Shown one piece after another: positions 36,312 to 50,500 of a stretch of 64,000 nt of DNA. Source of the stretch: Macrostomum hystrix (taxonomy: Eukaryota > Animalia > Platyhelminthes). The stretch's first letter is position 1. Every line of letters begins with the position of its first letter. The translations under genes were made by a program, and so were the position numbers. The notes under the pieces were generated by a model. It was not told the DNA's origin. It saw only the letters and a program-made list of their open reading frames with translations, and ran no database searches. The DNA lies in NCBI GenBank assembly GCA_950097015.1, contig CATNEN010000025.1, positions 5,890,001 through 5,954,000 of the forward strand. Direction: 5' to 3'.

Positions 36312-37859
36312 TCAGCTTGTGCACCTCTTACAGCACATTTTAAGCCTTTTCGAATCCTCTTTATTTGCTGAATGAACATCTTATTCACCTTGTACTATTA
36401 TATTATACTACTGTTAGTAGCATTTCTAGCAAGTTCTAATTACTCATTGAAAGTGTATTAGTTCCAAAATTGTCAGCATTGTCAGTTTCCAACATTTTCT
36501 GCAGGTTCCTACTGTCACCGGTACCACCTAAACTACTTACAGTAAGCAGTATGCGTTTGTCTTCTTTTTTGAATTGTACATAATTGTTGTGCAGTTAGCT
36601 TCGTTTCTGCTATACAGTATCAAGTTTGTTTAATGTAAACGCATCATTTGAAACTGGCTACACTAGCAATCTACGCACCTGTACTAAATTTGGAGAGTGC
36701 ACTGATTGTGAATGAAGTGTGAAAACTGCGCAATCACTATACATGTTGGCAGCTGCTGCTTATAAACCCAATCTACTGTTTGTGTCATCTAGAATTCTTC
36801 AGTTTTTACTTCTTGTTTTTCAATGTTTTATTTCCTGTTTAGCAATTTAAAAAACTAAAAATACAACTAGTGTATATTATGGCATGTTGTTTTTCCACTG
36901 CTCCTTTTAATCGCTAACTGTTATTTAATGGCTAGCTTAACATGATCATTTTGCAGTTGATTAAAAAAGCGCTTTGTTATTTAAAGTTGCAGAGATTAAT
37001 TTCACTTAGGGTCAAGCTGCATTCGGCCTTATCTATGATATCTGCCTGCGGTGAAGGAATGAAGACAAGCATACAGTTTGAATTCGTGAATAATTTATAT
37101 GTACATTTTAAAGCCACAATTTGTATAAAATTGTGTTATTCTCCAAGCAAGCAATAATATGAGTTATCATAATGAAAAATATATAATGTGTGTGGTATAA
37201 CACAACAATTTCACGTGAAAGTCAATCCGTTTTAAATTCGCGCGAACAATGACAACTTTAAAATTTGGAACGTCAATCGTCTGGACTTTTGGCGCGAATT
37301 CAAATCATAATGAAACACTGATAAACACTGATGAAACACAGGAGACTGTGTGCGAGACTGAAAAACAAATACGGGTATTGGAAAACCAAATCGAAATGTA
37401 AATTTAGTAAAATATGATTATCAAATAATTAAAAATCAATATGAACGCAAGCACCACTCAGGAAAGAATAGGAAAAAAAAGCAGGAATAAAAAATAAGAA
37501 AAAATAGTAAGACACATTGGACAAGCTCTTCTAAAAATAATCAATAATAAATTGGCTGTATAATTTCTGTGCGGGGGGTAAAATAACTAAATATAGTTGA
37601 CTTGAGCATATTTACACAGAAGGGAGTGCATATATACAGTAAATATTTAAACAGAACCGGATCAAAGTCTAGAATCACCAAAAAGGCCTTATTGAAAGCG
37701 AACAATAAATTTGAACTGTCTTAAATATACACAGGATCACTGTTTTATATCAAGAGTATTTTCGGATATTGTGGGATTCTCAAAACTCGTTTAGGCATAA
37801 GACATGGATTATACGCGCAATATATATACACAATCCAATCAACGCACTAAGCCGAGAGG

Positions 37860-39871
37860 TTAACAGACGCAGCAGTTGCGCTGCGGTTTGATATTGCCGT
37901 TGAGTTTCTCAACTTCGTACAGACACTTGTCGAACACCTCTTGCACATTCTGGAATGCACATTCAGAATGACTCTCTGAACTTTGCACGTGTTATCAAAC
38001 AGACAATGGAACGATAAAAGGACACACTGGGACAGGGGACCCTGTAATCAGGGGACTCACTGAAGGACCCTGTAATTAGGGGACTCACTGAAGGACACTG
38101 TAATCAGGGGACTCACTGAAGGACGCTGTAATCAGGGGACTCACTGAAGGACACTGTAATTAGGGGACTCACTGAAGGTCACTGTAATCAGGGGACTCAC
38201 TGAAGGACGCTGTAATCAGGGGACTCACTGAAGGACACTGTAATAAGGGGACTCACTGAAGGACACTGTAATCAGGGGACTCACTGAAGGACGCTGTAAT
38301 CAGGGGACTCACTGAAGGACACTGTAATCAGGGGACTCACTGAAGGACACTGTAATCAGGGGACTCACTGAAGGACAGGACACTGTAATCAGGGGACTCA
38401 CTGAAGGACACTGTAATCAGGGGACTCACTGAAGGACAGGACACTGTAATCAGGGGACTCACTGAAGGACACTGTAATCAGGGGACCCACTGAAGGACAC
38501 TGTAATCAGGGGACCCACTGAAGGACGCTGTAATCAGGGGACAGTAAGATGAAAGATGAAAGTAAGGCCCACCTGGTTAGTCTTGGCCGAGGTAAGAACA
38601 GCCGGGCACTGCCATTCCTGAGCTAGCCGAGCAATCTCATCGGCGCCAACAGTCCTATCGTTAGCTGACAGGTCCACTTTGTTGCCAACCAGAACCATGG
38701 GCAGGGTGCGATGACCAGTACTCTCCATGAGACAGTTGCGCACAGTTCTCAGGTATTCAAACGATTTCCTATTGGCTGTGGAGAACACCAGAACCCAGCC
38801 GTCGACATTCAGAGTTTGTGCTGATGAGGCGGGAGATCCAGACTCTTGACCGGCAGTGTCTGTTATCTCCAGACTGTACCGCTGGCCTTGGAAGGTAACC
38901 TCCTTGCTGAGCGTGTCTTCAATAGTGGGCACGTACATCTCTGAGAAGGTGTTCTGCGTGAAACGCATAGTGAGGCTGCTTTTACCTGGGAGATTGGGTG
39001 GAAGAAAGTTATAAAGGGATGTAATACATTTTTAATATAGGTTAATGAAGATGTACACAACCATAATTGCTAGCCTGCAATTATTGTAGCTAGACTATCT
39101 CTAGTAGCTAGGCTACTCAACTTACTTATCAACATATCTCACACCTTCAAAAAAGTTCTTACTTAATTAAGAGCTGGCCTTTTAATGTATAACTTTGCTA
39201 TAACTTTGTTCTTTAGTTCAAATTTCAAGTCAATATTGAGTCAATATACTTTAGAATTTTAGTCACCTGAGCCAAGTAGTTTGATTTGATTTTATCTAAA
39301 ATGTTTTTTGCTGAAGGCTATTTAGCAATGCCACATTCAGGATCATGTCATACTAATGCATTAGGAATTTTATTAAGTCCTTATTTAAACACTTTTTTAA
39401 TTAATTAAAGCATAAACAGATTGTCTTTTTAGACAGAATTGGTAAAAATACTAACTAAATGCTGTTAAGTATCTAGCAGTTTAAAGTTAATCAACTGTAT
39501 GACGTAGACTGGGGCATAAATTTTAAAACCTTATATAAATAAGTGGGTATATAGGTCTGTTAATCATTAATATATATGGTATTTCTATCATATATAGCGA
39601 GAAACATTAGTATAACTATTTAGTTTAAAATTAAAAAAACTTTTGTGATTAAAAGCATAAACAATTTTTAGAACATGGCTTAACATAATGGGTTAAAGGT
39701 TTTGCAAATAATAGAAAGTTAAATTTATGAAATGGAAATGCTGTTTACACTTTTTTGGAAGTACTGAAATTAAAAAAGAAGATACTGGAATATAATTCTA
39801 GGACTTGACTCACCAACAGATTTGCTGCCAAGAACCGCAAATCTTCTTTTTCTCTGCGCATTAGCAGCCAT
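37860..39871 (-). CDS. Rheb: Rheb-like Ras-family small GTPase, 186 aa; exons complement(39814..39871, 38573..38985, 37860..37949)
   Basis: MAANAQRKRRFAVLGSKSVG|KSSLTMRF, effector region YVPTIEDT, DTAGQE, LVGNKVDL, TSAK, C-terminus RNCCVC. GT-AG junctions in phase (1,0). P-loop GxxSVGKSSL is Rheb-like. Confidence 0.8.
38036..38541. repeat. 28-bp minisatellite in Rheb intron 2
   Basis: Unit ctgtaatcaggggactcactgaaggaca. Confidence 0.96.
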
Positions 39872-41439
39872 TCAATTTCGCAAGAGCGAACTTTACTTTT
39901 AAGATAATATATGGTAGCAAAGGGTCAAAAGGTAAAGTAGGCCTAGTAAGTATTCTATAAATGCTTCTGTACACGAATAGGTCGAGCTTTTCCTTTCGTT
40001 CTTCTGAACCGATCAGGTATTAATAGTAAATGTGATATTTGGCAAATATTACAATGTACACTCTATTCTACCGCACAAATGTAGATTACAAGGGCTACGG
40101 GTACTAGCTGGAGGCAGTACCACTTTTCAGGTAACTAAAAAATACGTTATTCATAAAGGTTCATAATCATAAAGTAATCATAAAGTTTCCATAATTTTAA
40201 AGAATGTTACGACTCATATTTAGATGATAAAATATCTAAAGGACAGTGCAAACAATCTAAAAAAATAAATAATTTTTAGAAAGCCCTATCAAGCTATATT
40301 TTTGCTTTTCTTCACGCAAGCGCAACTCGAGAATTTTGTTTATTTACTCTTTACGTAGACTGTACACTTCATTTTTGTGTATTGGCTTAGTTCGTACAAA
40401 AGGACTTAAACCAGAAGTAACAAACTATTATATGTCCTCGTGTCGTGACTAACGGCTAATGTTTCATTTTATTTTTAATTGCAGTGCAAGAAACACGATT
40501 TTTTGGAAGAACATGCACCAAAATGCACCTAATTTGCATATAACTTCATATTATATTCACACGATCCCATATTTTGTGCTATGTAAGCACAATATTATTG
40601 GGTATTTATTATGTATATTGTTGAGTTTCCAAGTAGCTTTAACTGACAAGCAGATTTCGTAACTAATGCAATCAATCAAAAATATCTATCTCAACTCAGA
40701 CTTTATCAGAGAGTGATTCAGGAGAAATGCGATTCATATGTAGGGTGCATGAGTTGTAATATTATTATTTGACTCAATACAGCCAGCAACAATGTGTACT
40801 GGCACTTTAGTCAGCTTGTTGGCCTTAGCTCGGCCGGTCCATAGCTACACATATGTATATCAATTAGGCAGCAATTATTCAGCTAAGCAATTGACTACCT
40901 GGCGTTAAGATTGTGGTATTTCGCTGCCCCTGCAACATGAGTGAATTCCAAACACGGTTGAGTACTCCGCTAATGTCTCATCAAGCAAGAGCTAATTTAC
41001 AGAGGTAAAGTCAAACCGTCCTTGATTAATTATTCATTAAAGTGAGTTGAGAATCTATTTGGAGTGCGGACTTTGGAGATAGTGAGAGAGCAGATGAGCA
41101 TAGATTTAGACAAAACAAGAACTTCTAACAGTGAGTTGTATCATCATATAACAGGGCAAACTTGTTCCACTCTGTCTGATGCATTGAGCCTGAACACAAC
41201 CCATTGTGCGCAAGAATTCTAATTCAGCATTTCCAATAAGCTAGTGAATTATTAAAGCCCCTGTGTTATATTGTAGCTGTCTCGCTATCAGTACTCGGAG
41301 TTAAGCTGGGTATCGTATTGTTTAAAGCAGAACTGCGCCTACGCAGCAAATTTCGTATTAATGTCCGGTGCCTGAACAGCAGTCATTTCCAATTGTTGTT
41401 TCATCTAGTGAATCTAATTTATATAAAATCAACGCAAGA

Positions 41440-41945
41440 AAAATCGGAATCGAAGCAGGGGCCGCATATGGAATTGAAGCAGTTGTCGTATTAGGAATCG
41501 AAGCAGGAGCCGCTCATAAGAATCGAAGCAGGAGCCCCCATCAGGAATCGAAGCAGGAGCCGCATTAATAATCGAAGTAGGAGCCGTATCAGAATAATCG
41601 AAGCAGGAGCCGCTCATAAGAATCGAAGCAGGAGCCGCATCGGGAATCGAAGCAGGAGCCGCATCAGGAATCGAAGCAGGCGCTGTTTCATAAGAATCGA
41701 AGCAAGAGCCGCTTTTGGAATCGAAGCAGGAGCCGCTTTTGGAATCGAAGCAGGAGCCGCTTTTGGAATCGAAGCAGTTATTGTATTAGGAATCGAAGCA
41801 TTGAGCCGCATCAGGAATCGAAGCAGGCGCCGCTTATAAGAATCGAAGCAAGAGCCGCTTTTGGAATCGAAGCAGAGCCGGTTATGGAATCGAAGCAGGG
41901 CCGCTTTTTGAACTGAAGCAAGAGTCGCTTTTAGAATCGTAACAA
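41440..41945. repeat. Degenerate ~24-bp minisatellite
   Basis: Core ggaatcgaagcaggagccgc repeated about 20 times. Confidence 0.9.
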
Positions 41946-42753
41946 GAGTCTGAAGTAATATCACCGGACAAAAGTTATTACATCACAGAAATATCATCGA
42001 TGACTAAAAAAATCAAACACCAGGCTTTGTATTGGCCATGCAGGCTTTAGGTTCAATATTATTGCTCTTATTCATACTCGAGAAAGAAATTTGAGACCGG
42101 TGCTTCCACTGTCTCCTCTACCCTCTGCTCTTTGCCGAGCATGCTTTCTGGAAGTCCAAAATCTGAATTCGCATTATGGCCCAACTGATGTGTCCGTCAT
42201 GTCAGCCTGGGTTGGGGCGGGGCGGCGGAGGATCTGGTCGAATCTTGGGGATGTCTTGAGACTACCGGCTAGTTGAATTGTGGGTTAGAGGGGGTGGAAG
42301 ACAGGTCGGAATATTCCCAGCTGGAGCAGACACGACCGCGCGTGGGCGCGGAGAGGCCCTGATTGCAGTAAATGCGAAAGTCGTGTCTCGAGGATAGATC
42401 GCTCAATTTTTTCTTCCGACGCAAAAATCAACGCCCATGCAGCAGGATTTTGCTCCACCCATTCCCGCTATAGTAAAGGCCGGAGCCTCGTTTAGCGAGT
42501 CGGTCAGTTGACAAGCAAAGAATTAAAATTGGTGACGTCCGTGGCGATGCAGGAAGGGGGTCAAGTCTCGCTTGAAGCCGCGTTTAGCAATTATCACAAT
42601 TTAGTGTAAGCCTTCTGCGAATTTCAAAGGGCGACTGTATATTTAGCAGGGGTCGATAATGCTACAACTAAACTCGCATAGCACTTCTATTGGATCACAA
42701 CTCTGACAGCCAATCAGAGCGAGGCGACTGAATGACGCCAATGCCTATTGGCT

Positions 42754-42883
42754 GGGCATGAGATTGTACACTAGCCGATGGGCATGAGATTGTACACTAG
42801 CCGATGGGCATGAGATTGTACACTAGCCGATGGGCATGAGATTGTACACTAGCCGATGGGCATGAGATTGTACACTAGCCGAG
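42754..42883. repeat. Near-perfect 26-bp x5 tandem repeat
   Basis: gggcatgagattgtacactagccgat starting at 42754, 42780, 42806, 42832, 42858. Confidence 0.95.
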
Positions 42884-43702
42884 GGGGTATGGATTGAAGA
42901 ATGTACATTGACATTCCAGCCAATAAGAATCAGCTCGAATAGAAAGATCGCCGGCTAAATTTGGTTTATCTGGATATCATCTGGATATTAGAGAAAACTC
43001 TAATAACAAGTGTTCTCAAATCTGAGCAGTGGTAATTTTATCATAATACTGTGACAGCAGTTAACTCATATCTTTTCTGTCCTTTATCAGACAAAAATTT
43101 CTCTTTTTCATCACTTGACACAAAATTTTAATTCAAAATTTCCTCCCCGTTTTCCTTCCCCGTTAATCGAGCTGCTCTTCCTCATACCCCTCATACGATC
43201 GCCGCCTTCCCACCGGTATCCCATTTCGAGAGCCTCATGGGAGCATGCTGGCCGCTTCAATAGTTAATGCGGCACAACCACCCCACCCTCCGCTGCCCAG
43301 CTCCTGTCAGCCTGTCCATGTTGGACTCAAATATGTCTAATCAATATTCGAGGTCAGATTAAGCGCTCAGCGTCTTAGCGGGGCCTTAATCTACTTAAAA
43401 TCTAGGAGGGTCCGCGACCGACCCCAATCAACGGGTGGCCGCTGGCCGACTTCATTTTTTGATCAGTAGAAAAATTTGATAATTATCGCTATACTAGCTG
43501 GACTCGCGAGCTGTTGAAGCTCGTCCGCGGCAGTCACCACCTCCGCTCCCATCACTCCCACGTCAGTCATTCGCTCGTCATCCGCTTTTTCTCTTTCTAA
43601 GAATTAATCATTATAATTTCATATAATGACCGTATAAACCGTGTCCGAGATGAACGGCGACAGAGAGACAGACATGCAGACAGGGACAATGGCACACCTA
43701 GG

Positions 43703-43710
43703 ACAGACAG

Positions 43711-43764
<54 letters not shown>
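43703..43764. repeat. (GACA)n microsatellite
   Basis: Direct reading. Confidence 0.95.
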
Positions 43765-43768
<4 letters not shown>

Positions 43769-44404
43769 TCAGCCAAACATAAGAGCACCAGAGTCCATTA
43801 GTCACAGCAAACACGATGAAGTGATGTCCTTCCCGGCCGCTTATTACTCGTAAATTCTGCAATCGTGGCAATATACAGCAGGTAACACGAGCCGGCATGA
43901 AAGCAAAGAAAAAGTTGATGAGCTCCATGCAATGTTCCGTGCCGGTTTAGCAAATAAAATGACCCGTGTGCAGGCTAAGAAGTATTGACTAAGATGAGCG
44001 GACACAGCTATAGGGAAGAGATTATTGAAGTTAAGAGGTTCGTCGCCATGGCTCACAAAAAATTGAAAGTGGTCAAACAGGCCAGTTATTCGCCTGTTTT
44101 GTTCCAGAGCAAACAATTTCAAAATCAAAGACTCCGCGATCGACTGGCGAACGCGACATTTTAGATTCGAAAATTTGCGCTTGACTGAAACTTGGACCCC
44201 AATCATTGGCCCAGTAATGGATATGGAAAATCCCTATTTTCTGCCCCAACTATTTCTCGCTAAACTTTCTCAAACCTCATTTAAATAGCATAGCAACCGT
44301 GATAAGAGTGAAATAAAAGTTTAAGTGGCTCTTCAACACTTCATGTTTGAGCATAAGTAAACATACACAACACAGTTTGTAAGTTGAGAATGGGGAATGA
44401 TTCG

Positions 44405-44735
44405 TCTGAGATTAGAATGGATAGATCTCTATAGACTAGACTCTCAGTGTGAGATTAGAATGAATAGATCTCTGTAGACTAGACTCTCAGTGTGAGATTA
44501 GAATTGATAGATCTCTATAGACTAGACTCAGTGTGAGATTAGAATTGATAGATCTCTATAGACTAGACTCAGTGTGAGATTAGAATTGATAGATCTCTAT
44601 AGACTAGACTCAGTGTGAGATTAGAATGGATAGATCTCTATAGACTAGACTCAGTGTGAGATTAGAATGGATAGATCTCTATAGACTAGACTCAGTGTGA
44701 GATTAGAATTGATAGATCTCTATAGACTAGACTCC
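44405..44735. repeat. 41-bp minisatellite
   Basis: Unit actagactcagtgtgagattagaattgatagatctctatag. Confidence 0.93.
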
Positions 44736-45339
44736 AAGAAAATAATCTGCTAGATAGTTATGTACACAGGCATGAAATTGAGGAAATATATTAAAATAAG
44801 AAATGAGTCTGGCTTCAAAATCCTGAACGTGACATCACCGATCGTGTGGGGCAAACAAATCTATCCCCAGACTCCGCGTTTTCTTGTAGGATTTCAGTCG
44901 GCTATTTCAACTGAGTCTCAAAAAGAGACTCAGAACTGAGAATGGCCCAATTCTCAGTGAAATCCTCGATCGATCTATTTCAATTCTGGCAGTCCTGTGT
45001 TCGTCTTCTAAATAGACGTAAGAGTCTAATATTGAGCAGTGACACGAGACACACGTGCTCAACTCACCCACTGACACTTTACCCATCCCCCCCACTCTGT
45101 GTGTGACCGCCAGCCCGAGGGCCTCAGGGCCGGGGCCTCAACTGCCTTGGGGGGGATAATTGTGGACCCTACTGCTCAGCAGCTCAGTTCGCGGTTAATG
45201 AAGATGGTGGCGTAGCGCTTAAAATGGGATTTCCATTTTTTAATAACATTAAAAAAAGTTGCATTTCTTGGGAAGTCATCTATTTGTAAGATAGTGATCG
45301 TTACCTTTTTGTCCCATATTTTTCATCGTGTGTCAACTT

Positions 45340-46090
45340 TTCCATCTTCTATCCCACCTTCCCGATCTTCTATCCGACCTTCAACATCTTCTATCCCACC
45401 TTCCCCATTTTCTATCCCACCTTTCACATTTTCTATCCCACCTTCCCCATTTTCTATGCCACCTTTCCCATCTTCTATCCCATCTTCCACCCCCACCTTC
45501 CCCATTTTCTATCCCACCTTTCACATTTTCTATCCCACCTTCCCCATTTTCTATCCCACCTTTCCCATTTTCTATCCCACCTTTCCCATCTTCTATCCCA
45601 TCTTCTATCCCACCTTCTCCATTTTCTATCCCACCTTTCCCATCTTCTATCCCATCTTCTATCCCACCTTCCCCATTTTCTATCCCACCTTCCCCATTTT
45701 CTATCCCACCTTCCCCATTTTCTATCCCACCTTTCTCATCTTCTATCCCATCTTCTATCCCACCTTCCCCATTTTCTATCCCACCTTTCTCATCTTCTAT
45801 CCCATCTTCTATCCCACCTTCCCCATTTTCTATCCCACCTTTCACATTTTCTATCCCACCTTCCCCATTTTTCTATCCCACCTTCCCCATCTTCTACCCC
45901 ACCTTTTCCATCTTCTATCCCACCTTTTCCATCTTCTATCCCACCTTTCACATTTTCTATCCCACCTTTCCCATCTTCTATCCCATCTTCTATCCCACCT
46001 TCCCCCATTCTCTATCCCACCTTTCCCATCTTCTATCCCATCTTCTATCCCACCTTCCCAATTTTCTATCCCACTTTTCCCATATTCTAT
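45340..46090. repeat. 21-bp pyrimidine-rich minisatellite
   Basis: Unit ttctatcccaccttccccatt with 12-bp variants. Confidence 0.94.
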
Positions 46091-46719
46091 CTCACCTTTC
46101 CGAGTTAATCAAACCTAATTAAGCCTCCCAGAGCATTGGTACCTACCTTCATTGCGTGCCCAGCACCCGAAGTAGTTTAAGTCCTCGAAAAAAAATTTAG
46201 GAAGCAGCAAAAGAAGAAGAGAAGAAAGAGACAGACAGAAGACTTGTCTTGTCGTGTCCGGCCTCGCTTTTGTGTGTGCGGCCCATTGTGCTCAAACAGC
46301 ATCCGGTTCTGCCTCCATCACAGACCCCACCCACTCCGGTTAGGCGGAGATCGGTGATGAAGCCCTGCCAATTAACTTGAGCAATGCGATACTCATGCTC
46401 ACACACACACACACACTCTCTCTCTCTCTCTAGTGACCAATTTCGATAACTTCTAATACAATCTGACAGTTGAGTGCGCGAATCTTAATTCATTCAGAAA
46501 AGCTAATACACCTCCTATAGTTCCGTTTCATCTTGTAAGTGATGGATTTATGAATTTCTTCAAGTTAATTCCTCGTACTAGACTACCTGATGTGAATGTC
46601 TTTAACTTATTATATATATACATATATATCCATTATTTCTTTACTCTATGCTTGAAGTATTTCTATTGAGAATGAAACTTCCAGCCTAAAAATATCTCTC
46701 TTCTCACCTTCTTTCACCT

Positions 46720-46975
46720 CCCCCACCTTATCTCTCCTCCCTCCACCTTGTCTCTCCTCCCCCACCTTGTCTCTCCTCCCCACCTTGTCTCTCCTCCCCA
46801 CCTTGTCTCTCCTCCCCCACCTTGTCTCTCCTCCCCCACCTTGTCTCTCCTCCCCACCTTGTCTCTCCTCCCCACCTTGTCTCTCCTCCCCACCTTGTCT
46901 CTCCTCCCCCACCTTGTCTCTCCTCCCCCACCTTGTCTCTCCTCCCCACCTTGTCTCTCCTCCCCACCTTGTCTC
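46720..46975. repeat. 18-19-bp minisatellite
   Basis: Unit ccccaccttgtctctcct. Confidence 0.94.
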
Positions 46976-47570
46976 TCTTTCTCTCTTTATCTAGTAATGA
47001 AAAAACATTTCAATGAGATTAACAAGTTCGTAAAAACCAACTGACTTAATGGCCTTAAATTATAGTACTCGCAGTTTAAGCACTCAGCATATTCACCTGG
47101 TTTAATTTATTGTTAGTTTTTATTGATAAAACTTCTTCGGACATCATTAACCTTTTAATTTTAGGGCAGTCCTAAAGACGTATTCACATTTATTTGTTTT
47201 TTTTGCCTCAAAACAAGGATTAGAAACACGGGTATGCGAATTTCATTTTACACGGTAAAGCCAAATACTTTACCCATTGTGCGTCAACACATACAACATC
47301 GAAGGAGCATTTGAGATGATAGAGCAATAAAAGTACATTTACACTAACAATAAACAGAAAACAATTTTTACAATTTGCATAACAACAAGTTGGTAATAAA
47401 TATTTGGTTATGCCAGTCAGATAGAAGAGTAACATGAATGACTAGTTGCCTATTATAAGGTGTCTACTGACCATCATTACCTTTTATCTGCTCGACTAAA
47501 ACTTTTTGTACTTTTAGTTTACAATCAATTTTAATTGAGAGCGTAAAAAATCATCTTTCTAAGATCAGCG

Positions 47571-50500
47571 TCACAGAATCGTCGGGTCACACCTGATCAT
47601 ACCGTGACCTACCCCGCCACTGGTCACGTGATGCTGCTGCTGCTGCTGCTGCAGGTGGCTATGATGATGCTGGTGATAGTGATGCGGCTGCAAGAGGTGC
47701 TGCTGCTGCTGCTGCTGCTGCTGATGCTGGTGACTTCCGATGCCGATTCCCAGACAGTCCACGTGAAACGCAGGATAATCTCCCAGACTGCCTGCGGCGT
47801 GGGCAGCGGCGGCCGCAGCTGCCGCGGCGGCGGCTGCAGCAGCGGCAGCGGCGCTGGCAGTCGTGCTGGACGATGTCGGACAAAAGCGAAGCTGCTTAGC
47901 CGCCGATGGAGCATCTGACATCAGCGACGAAGGAGTCATCGACTGGGCTCCAGCAGCCCCAGCAAGTGACCAAATTTTCGGCCGACAGAAGTCGTCAACC
48001 TCATCCTCGCGGTTGTCGTCGTCATTGTCGACGTCGGCTTCGCCCACAGTAGAAGTTGGATGATTGATGATGGCTGAATAGGGCCGCTTGGTGGCTTCCT
48101 GCAGCTTGCCTGAGGATGGGAATTTTGTTGGGACTTCAGTTTACCACTGCATAGGCTTCAATCTGTCACTCCATCAATCTGTCACTCCATCAATCTGTCA
48201 CTCCATCAATCTGTCACTCCATCAATCTGTCACTCCATCAATCTGTCACTCCATCAATCTGTCACTCCATCAATCTGTCACTCCATCAATCTGTCACTCC
48301 ATCAATCTGTCACTCCATCAATCTGTCACTCCATCAATCTGTCACTCCATCAATCTGTCACTCCATCAATCTGTCACTCCATCAATCTGTCACTCCATCA
48401 ATCTGTCACTCCATCAATCTGTCACTTCATCAATCTGTCACTCTATCAATCTGTCACTCGCGGTGCTTACCACAGCCGTCTGCAGCCAAGCAGTAACGGT
48501 CGCTCCTCTCTCCGACGCTTCTTACATCGTCATCCTCATCGTCCTCTTCGTCCGCCTCGCGACCCTCCGCCTGTGAGTTCCTTTCGCTCCAGGTCATCTT
48601 GTTCTCCTTCTTTAGTCGGCGTCTGGCGTTTGCAAACCAGGTTGACACCTGGGTTAGCGTCATCTTCGTGATGATGGCAAGCATGATCTTCTCGCCCTTG
48701 GTCGGATACGGATTGCTTTTGTGCTCGCTTAGCCATGCCTTCAGAGTGGCTGTGCTCTCCCTGGTGGCGTTCTTGCGTCGCTGGCCGTTCAGGTCATGTA
48801 TCGGGCTGCATTGAGATGGTCAAATTTAGCAATGAAGCAATGAGGGACGATGAATTTAGATGTTCCACCCAGCTCACTCCAACACTACGATACGCCTCAT
48901 TACGATACGCCCACCTCGCCCAGACACCCGCCTCACTCCAACGCCCACCTCACTCCGATCCCCGCCTTATTCCGACACCCACCTCACCCCGACACCCACC
49001 TCGCTCCTACGCCCACCTCACTCCGATCCCCGCCTTATTCCGACACCCACCTCACCCCGACACCCACCTCACCCCGACACCCACCTCACCCCGACACCCA
49101 CCTCACCCGACACCCACCTCACTTCGACACCCACCTCACTCCAACACCCACCTCATTCCGACACCCACCTCACTCCAAGACCCACCTCACTCCGATACCC
49201 GCCTCACTTCAACATCCGCCTCACTCCTGCACCCTCAACCAAAGAGGTCTCACTTGTTAGCATAGGCATAGGCCGCTACAGGATGCCATGGCGACTCATA
49301 ACAGCCCGGATACGCAGCCGCTATTCCTGGATGACCTCCGACCCCAGCACTGCCGCAGGCGCCGCCGCCTCCGACACTGCTTCGCCATGTCGACGAGGCC
49401 ATATAGTCGGCGGCTGTCCCAGCTGGGCCGCCGTACAATCCGCCAGCGGTGCTTTGATTGCCAGCAAGCGGCGGAGGAGGAGGAGGCGGCTGCGGCGGCA
49501 CCATTCCGCCGCATGCGTCGCCACCGCCGACTCCGCCGCCCTGCAGGCTGGAGAGAATTCGAGATTGGGCGGCGGCCGCGTAAGCCGCCGAGCCGTAGAG
49601 GTTGACAAAATGGTGCCCGCCAGAGCTCACATCCGGGTAGCAGGTGGGCGGCGGAGGCGGCAGCGACGATGCCGGCTGCGACATGAAGGGACTCTAAATT
49701 GAGGAAGAGGGAGGAGAGCTGTGCTAGATTCTTTTCTAAAGATGGAAACGGAGATTGGAAGATAGAGAGAACAAGAGCAGGGAGATTGGGAGAACTGGAA
49801 CTGGGAGAATGGAAGAATAGGAGAACTGGAACTGGGAGAATAGAAGAATAGGAGAACTGGAACTGGGAGAATGGTAGAACTGGGAGAATGGAAGAACTGG
49901 GAGAATGGTAGAACTGGGAGAATGGTAGAACTGGGAGAATGGTAGAACTGGGAGAATGGTAGAACTGGGAGAATGGTAGAACTGGGAGAATGGTAGAACT
50001 GGGAGAATGGTAGAACTGGGAGAATGGTAGAACTGGGAGAATGGTAGAACTGGGAGAATGGTAGAACTGGGAGAATGGTAGAACTGGGAGAATGGTAGAA
50101 CTGGGAGAATGGTAGAACTGGGAGAATGGTAGAACTGGGAGAATGGTAGAACTGGGAGAATGGTAGAACTGGGAGAATGGTAGAACTGGGAGAATGGGAG
50201 AGCTAGATCTGGGAGAATGGACTAACTGGAACTGGGAGAATGGAAGAACTTGGAGAATGGTAGAACTGGGAGAATGGGAGAGCTGGAACTGGGAGAACGG
50301 AAGAACTGGAACTGGGAGAATGGGAGAATGGGAGAAGTGGGAGAATGGTGGAACTGGGAGAATGGGAGAAGTGGGAGAACTGGGAGAATGGTAGAACTGG
50401 GAGAATGGGAGAATGGGAGAAGTGGGAGAATGGGAGAATGGGAGAATGGGAGAAGTGGGAGAATGGGAGAACTTGGAGAATGGGAGAAGTGGTTGCCTTT

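Noticed and set aside
42754-42883. CRISPR-like direct repeats
   Set aside because: Units are contiguous with no unique spacers, there are no cas genes, and the context is eukaryotic. The same holds for all other arrays.
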